Source: an uncultured Pseudomonadota bacterium
Lineage (GTDB): Bacteria > Myxococcota_A > Polyangia > Fen-1088
Assembly: GCA_963737345.1 (NCBI GenBank)
Contig: CAVTSM010000003.1
Span: forward strand, 1,369,616-1,433,615
DNA: 64,000 nt
Direction: 5' to 3'
Shown here piece after piece: positions 62,099 to 64,000 of the stretch. The notes beneath the pieces were generated by a model, which searched no databases, was not told the DNA's origin, and saw only the letters and a list, made by a program, of their open reading frames with translations. The first letter of the stretch is position 1. Each line of letters begins with the position of its first letter. The position numbers and the translations under genes are program-made.

Positions 62099-64000
62099 AT
62101 GCGAATTGCCTTCACGCACAATCTGAGGCTGACCGACAGCGAGGACGAGGCCGAGTTCGACACGGTCGAGACCGTCGACGCCATCGCCGCGGGCCTGCGC
62201 GCCGGCGGCCATGAAGTCGAGAAGATCGAGGTCACGGGGCCGGCATCGCGGCTGGCTGCGCGCATCGAATCGTACGGACCCGATCTGATCTTCAACAGCG
62301 CCGAGGGGCGGCGCGGGCGCGCGCGGGAAGCCTTCTACCCCGCGCTGTTCGAAGAGCTGGGATTCCCCTACACGAACTCCGACGCCTACGTCCTGACCGT
62401 CACGCTGGACAAGTGGCTGACCAAGCTGGTCTTGGGCAAGCGCGGCATCGACACGCCGCGCGCGCAGCTGCTGACGCCTGACGAATACCGGCGGATGCGC
62501 GACCCGGGGACGCTGGGGCTAGCCCTGCCGGTCATCGTCAAACCGAACTACGAGGGATCGTCGAAGGGCATCGCCGACGACGCCGTCGTGCGCGACGCGC
62601 GCGTGCTGGGCGAGGTGCTGCCGCGCGCGCTGCGGGCCTACCCGAGCGGCGTGCTGGTCGAGGAGTTCGTGGCCGGCACCGACGTGACCGTTCCGTTTCT
62701 GGAAGGGCGCGGCGACGAGGGGATCCTGCTGCCGGTCGACTACGTGGTCGACCCGCTGGCCCGCAGCCGCTTCAACCTCTACGATTACCGGCTCAAATCG
62801 GCCGACGCCAGCAAGGTGGCGGTGCGCTGCCCGCCTGACCTGCCGCGCGACGTCGTGTCGCGCTTGCGCGCCATCTCGAAGATGGCGGTGCGGGCGCTGG
62901 GCATCCGCGACGTCGGCCGCATCGACTTTCGCATCGGCGAAGACGGGCGGATCTACTTGCTCGAGGTCAACGCGCTGCCGTCGCTGGAGCCGGGGGCCAG
63001 CCTGTTCGCGGCCGCGGCGCGGGAGGGGCTGGATTACGGCGAAACCCTGCACGCGATCGTCGAGAGCGCCGCCCGCCGCCAGGGACTGGTCGTCAAACCC
63101 GGCGTTCGCAAGCGGCGCCCGGCCGATCCGCTGCGCATCGGGTTCACCTTCAACGTCAAGCGCGTCGACACCAAGGCCGGCAACGACACCGAGGCCGAGT
63201 ACGACGCGCCCGAGACCATCGACGCCATCCGCGAGGCGCTGGAGAGCTACGGCCAGGTCATGCTGTTCGAGGCCAACGCCGATCTGCCGCGGCAGCTCAT
63301 GCAGACGCCCGTCGACCTGGTGTTCAACATCGCCGAGGGGGTGGCGGGCCGCAACCGCGAGGCCGCCGTCCCGGCGCTGTGCGAGCTGATGGGCATCCCC
63401 TATACGGGCTCCGACGCGGCCACGCTGTCGATCGCGCTCGACAAGGCGCTGTCGAAGCGCGTCCTCTTGCAGCACGGGATCCTGACCGCCGAGTTCCAGG
63501 TCATGGAGACCGGCCGCGAGCGGCTGTCGTCGAAGCTGAAGTTCCCGCTCATCGTCAAACCGAACCAGGAAGGCTCGTCGAAGGGCGTCAGCGCGTCGGC
63601 TTCCGTCGTCGACGGCGAAGAGAGCCTGCGCGCGGTGGTGCGCGAGCTCATCGACCGCTATCGCCAGCCGGCGCTGATCGAGGTCTACATCCCGGGCCGC
63701 GAGTTCACGGTGGGACTGCTCGGCGACCGCCGGCCGCGCGTGCTGCCGCCGATGGAGATCCTGTTCAAAGACAAGTCCAACCCGCGGCCGGTCTACGACT
63801 TTCAGATCAAGCAGGAATGGGAGAAGCACGTCGCCTATCAATGCCCGGCGCAGTTGACACCCGTCGAGCTGAAGTCCATCGAAAGGGTGTGCCGTGAGAC
63901 CTTCGCCGCCCTCGACTGCCGCGACGTGGCGCGCGTCGACCTGCGCGTCACCCCCAAAGGTGACATCTACGTGATCGAGGTGAACCCGCTGCCCGGGTTG
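62099..64000 (+). CDS. fused double D-alanine--D-alanine-ligase-like ATP-grasp protein (5' part; continues beyond the window)
   Basis: Not in the ORF track because there is no stop in the window. My translation from ATG 62099 gives 634 codons with no stop: MRIAFTHNLR...LPVIVKPNYEGSSKGI...IDFRIGEDGRIYLLEVNALPSL... and a second unit ...FPLIVKPNQEGSSKGV...VDLRVTPKGDIYVIEVNPLPGL. Confidence 0.8.
   Translation, partial: MRIAFTHNLRLTDSEDEAEFDTVETVDAIAAGLRAGGHEVEKIEVTGPASRLAARIESYGPDLIFNSAEGRRGRAREAFYPALFEELGFPYTNSDAYVLTVTLDKWLTKLVLGKRGIDTPRAQLLTPDEYRRMRDPGTLGLALPVIVKPNYEGSSKGIADDAVVRDARVLGEVLPRALRAYPSGVLVEEFVAGTDVTVPFLEGRGDEGILLPVDYVVDPLARSRFNLYDYRLKSADASKVAVRCPPDLPRDVVSRLRAISKMAVRALGIRDVGRIDFRIGEDGRIYLLEVNALPSLEPGASLFAAAAREGLDYGETLHAIVESAARRQGLVVKPGVRKRRPADPLRIGFTFNVKRVDTKAGNDTEAEYDAPETIDAIREALESYGQVMLFEANADLPRQLMQTPVDLVFNIAEGVAGRNREAAVPALCELMGIPYTGSDAATLSIALDKALSKRVLLQHGILTAEFQVMETGRERLSSKLKFPLIVKPNQEGSSKGVSASASVVDGEESLRAVVRELIDRYRQPALIEVYIPGREFTVGLLGDRRPRVLPPMEILFKDKSNPRPVYDFQIKQEWEKHVAYQCPAQLTPVELKSIERVCRETFAALDCRDVARVDLRVTPKGDIYVIEVNPLPGL

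Noticed and set aside
62519-63841. 440-aa minus-strand ORF in the track
   Set aside because: It is antisense to a plus-strand frame with clear ATP-grasp/Ddl motifs that is open across the whole interval. Its composition (Arg/Ala/Asp/Gly-rich, no motifs) is typical of high-GC antisense artefacts.
1-64000. CRISPR arrays, rRNA genes, additional tRNAs
   Set aside because: Scanning intergenic regions by eye found no regularly spaced identical repeats, no rRNA-like conserved blocks, and only one cloverleaf (tRNA-Pro) plus its 46-bp fragment. A tRNAscan/Infernal run would be needed to exclude small ncRNAs.

Overview
This is a high-GC bacterial chromosome segment (roughly 68-70% G+C by eye, not computed). 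The gene content suggests Myxococcota, probably a Polyangia-like organism, but this is inference only. The supporting features are tandem-domain Hanks-type Ser/Thr kinases with TPR tails, a DUF4388-type response regulator, very Cys-rich repeat lipoproteins, Gly/Ser/Thr-rich lipoprotein linkers and several degenerate receiver domains.

Layout:
(1) 0.4-11.8 kb: LuxR/GerE regulators, then a tight eight-gene co-directional operon of exported proteins. It includes two tandem paralogues with PKD + HYR + RTX repeats and a 12-Cys C-terminal domain, a retropepsin-like protease and an HExxH lipoprotein.
(2) 11.9-22.0 kb: a pseudo-receiver/Fis regulator, a 916-aa Cys-rich repeat lipoprotein, a DHFR-family/YciI/zinc-ribbon operon, an esterase, a cupin and an M13 peptidase.
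(3) 22.0-34.8 kb: the accessory part. An ABC-F gene is flanked by a decayed paralogue fragment. A composite, partly decayed genomic island follows at tRNA-Pro(UGG). It has a 46-bp direct repeat of the tRNA 3' half, an integrase C-terminal fragment cut by a truncated ISAzo13-like IS, an excisionase-like HTH, a ParE/antitoxin pair, a GSU2403-like nucleotidyltransferase, frameshifted genes, and a duplicated uncharacterised two-gene module.
(4) 34.8-40.1 kb: exported MsrA, a Mo-oxidoreductase, cytochrome b and a long SppA.
(5) 40.1-52.5 kb: an SCP2 protein, then an operon-like trio of dual-kinase, octahaem cytochrome c and dual-kinase, followed by regulators.
(6) 52.6-64.0 kb: a dGTPase-like protein, RNase R, a PQQ-propeller lipoprotein, an AP-family phosphodiesterase, an OMP, a multi-receiver protein and a fused double Ddl-like ATP-grasp gene that runs off the window and is missing from the ORF track.

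The best candidate for an undescribed system is the two-gene module: a small cytoplasmic protein with conserved YYGHA...ILGC motifs plus a translationally coupled Cys-bearing exported protein. It occurs twice in the island and once more as a decayed fragment outside it. No rRNA or CRISPR array was seen. Many long ORFs in the track are antisense artefacts of the high GC content.
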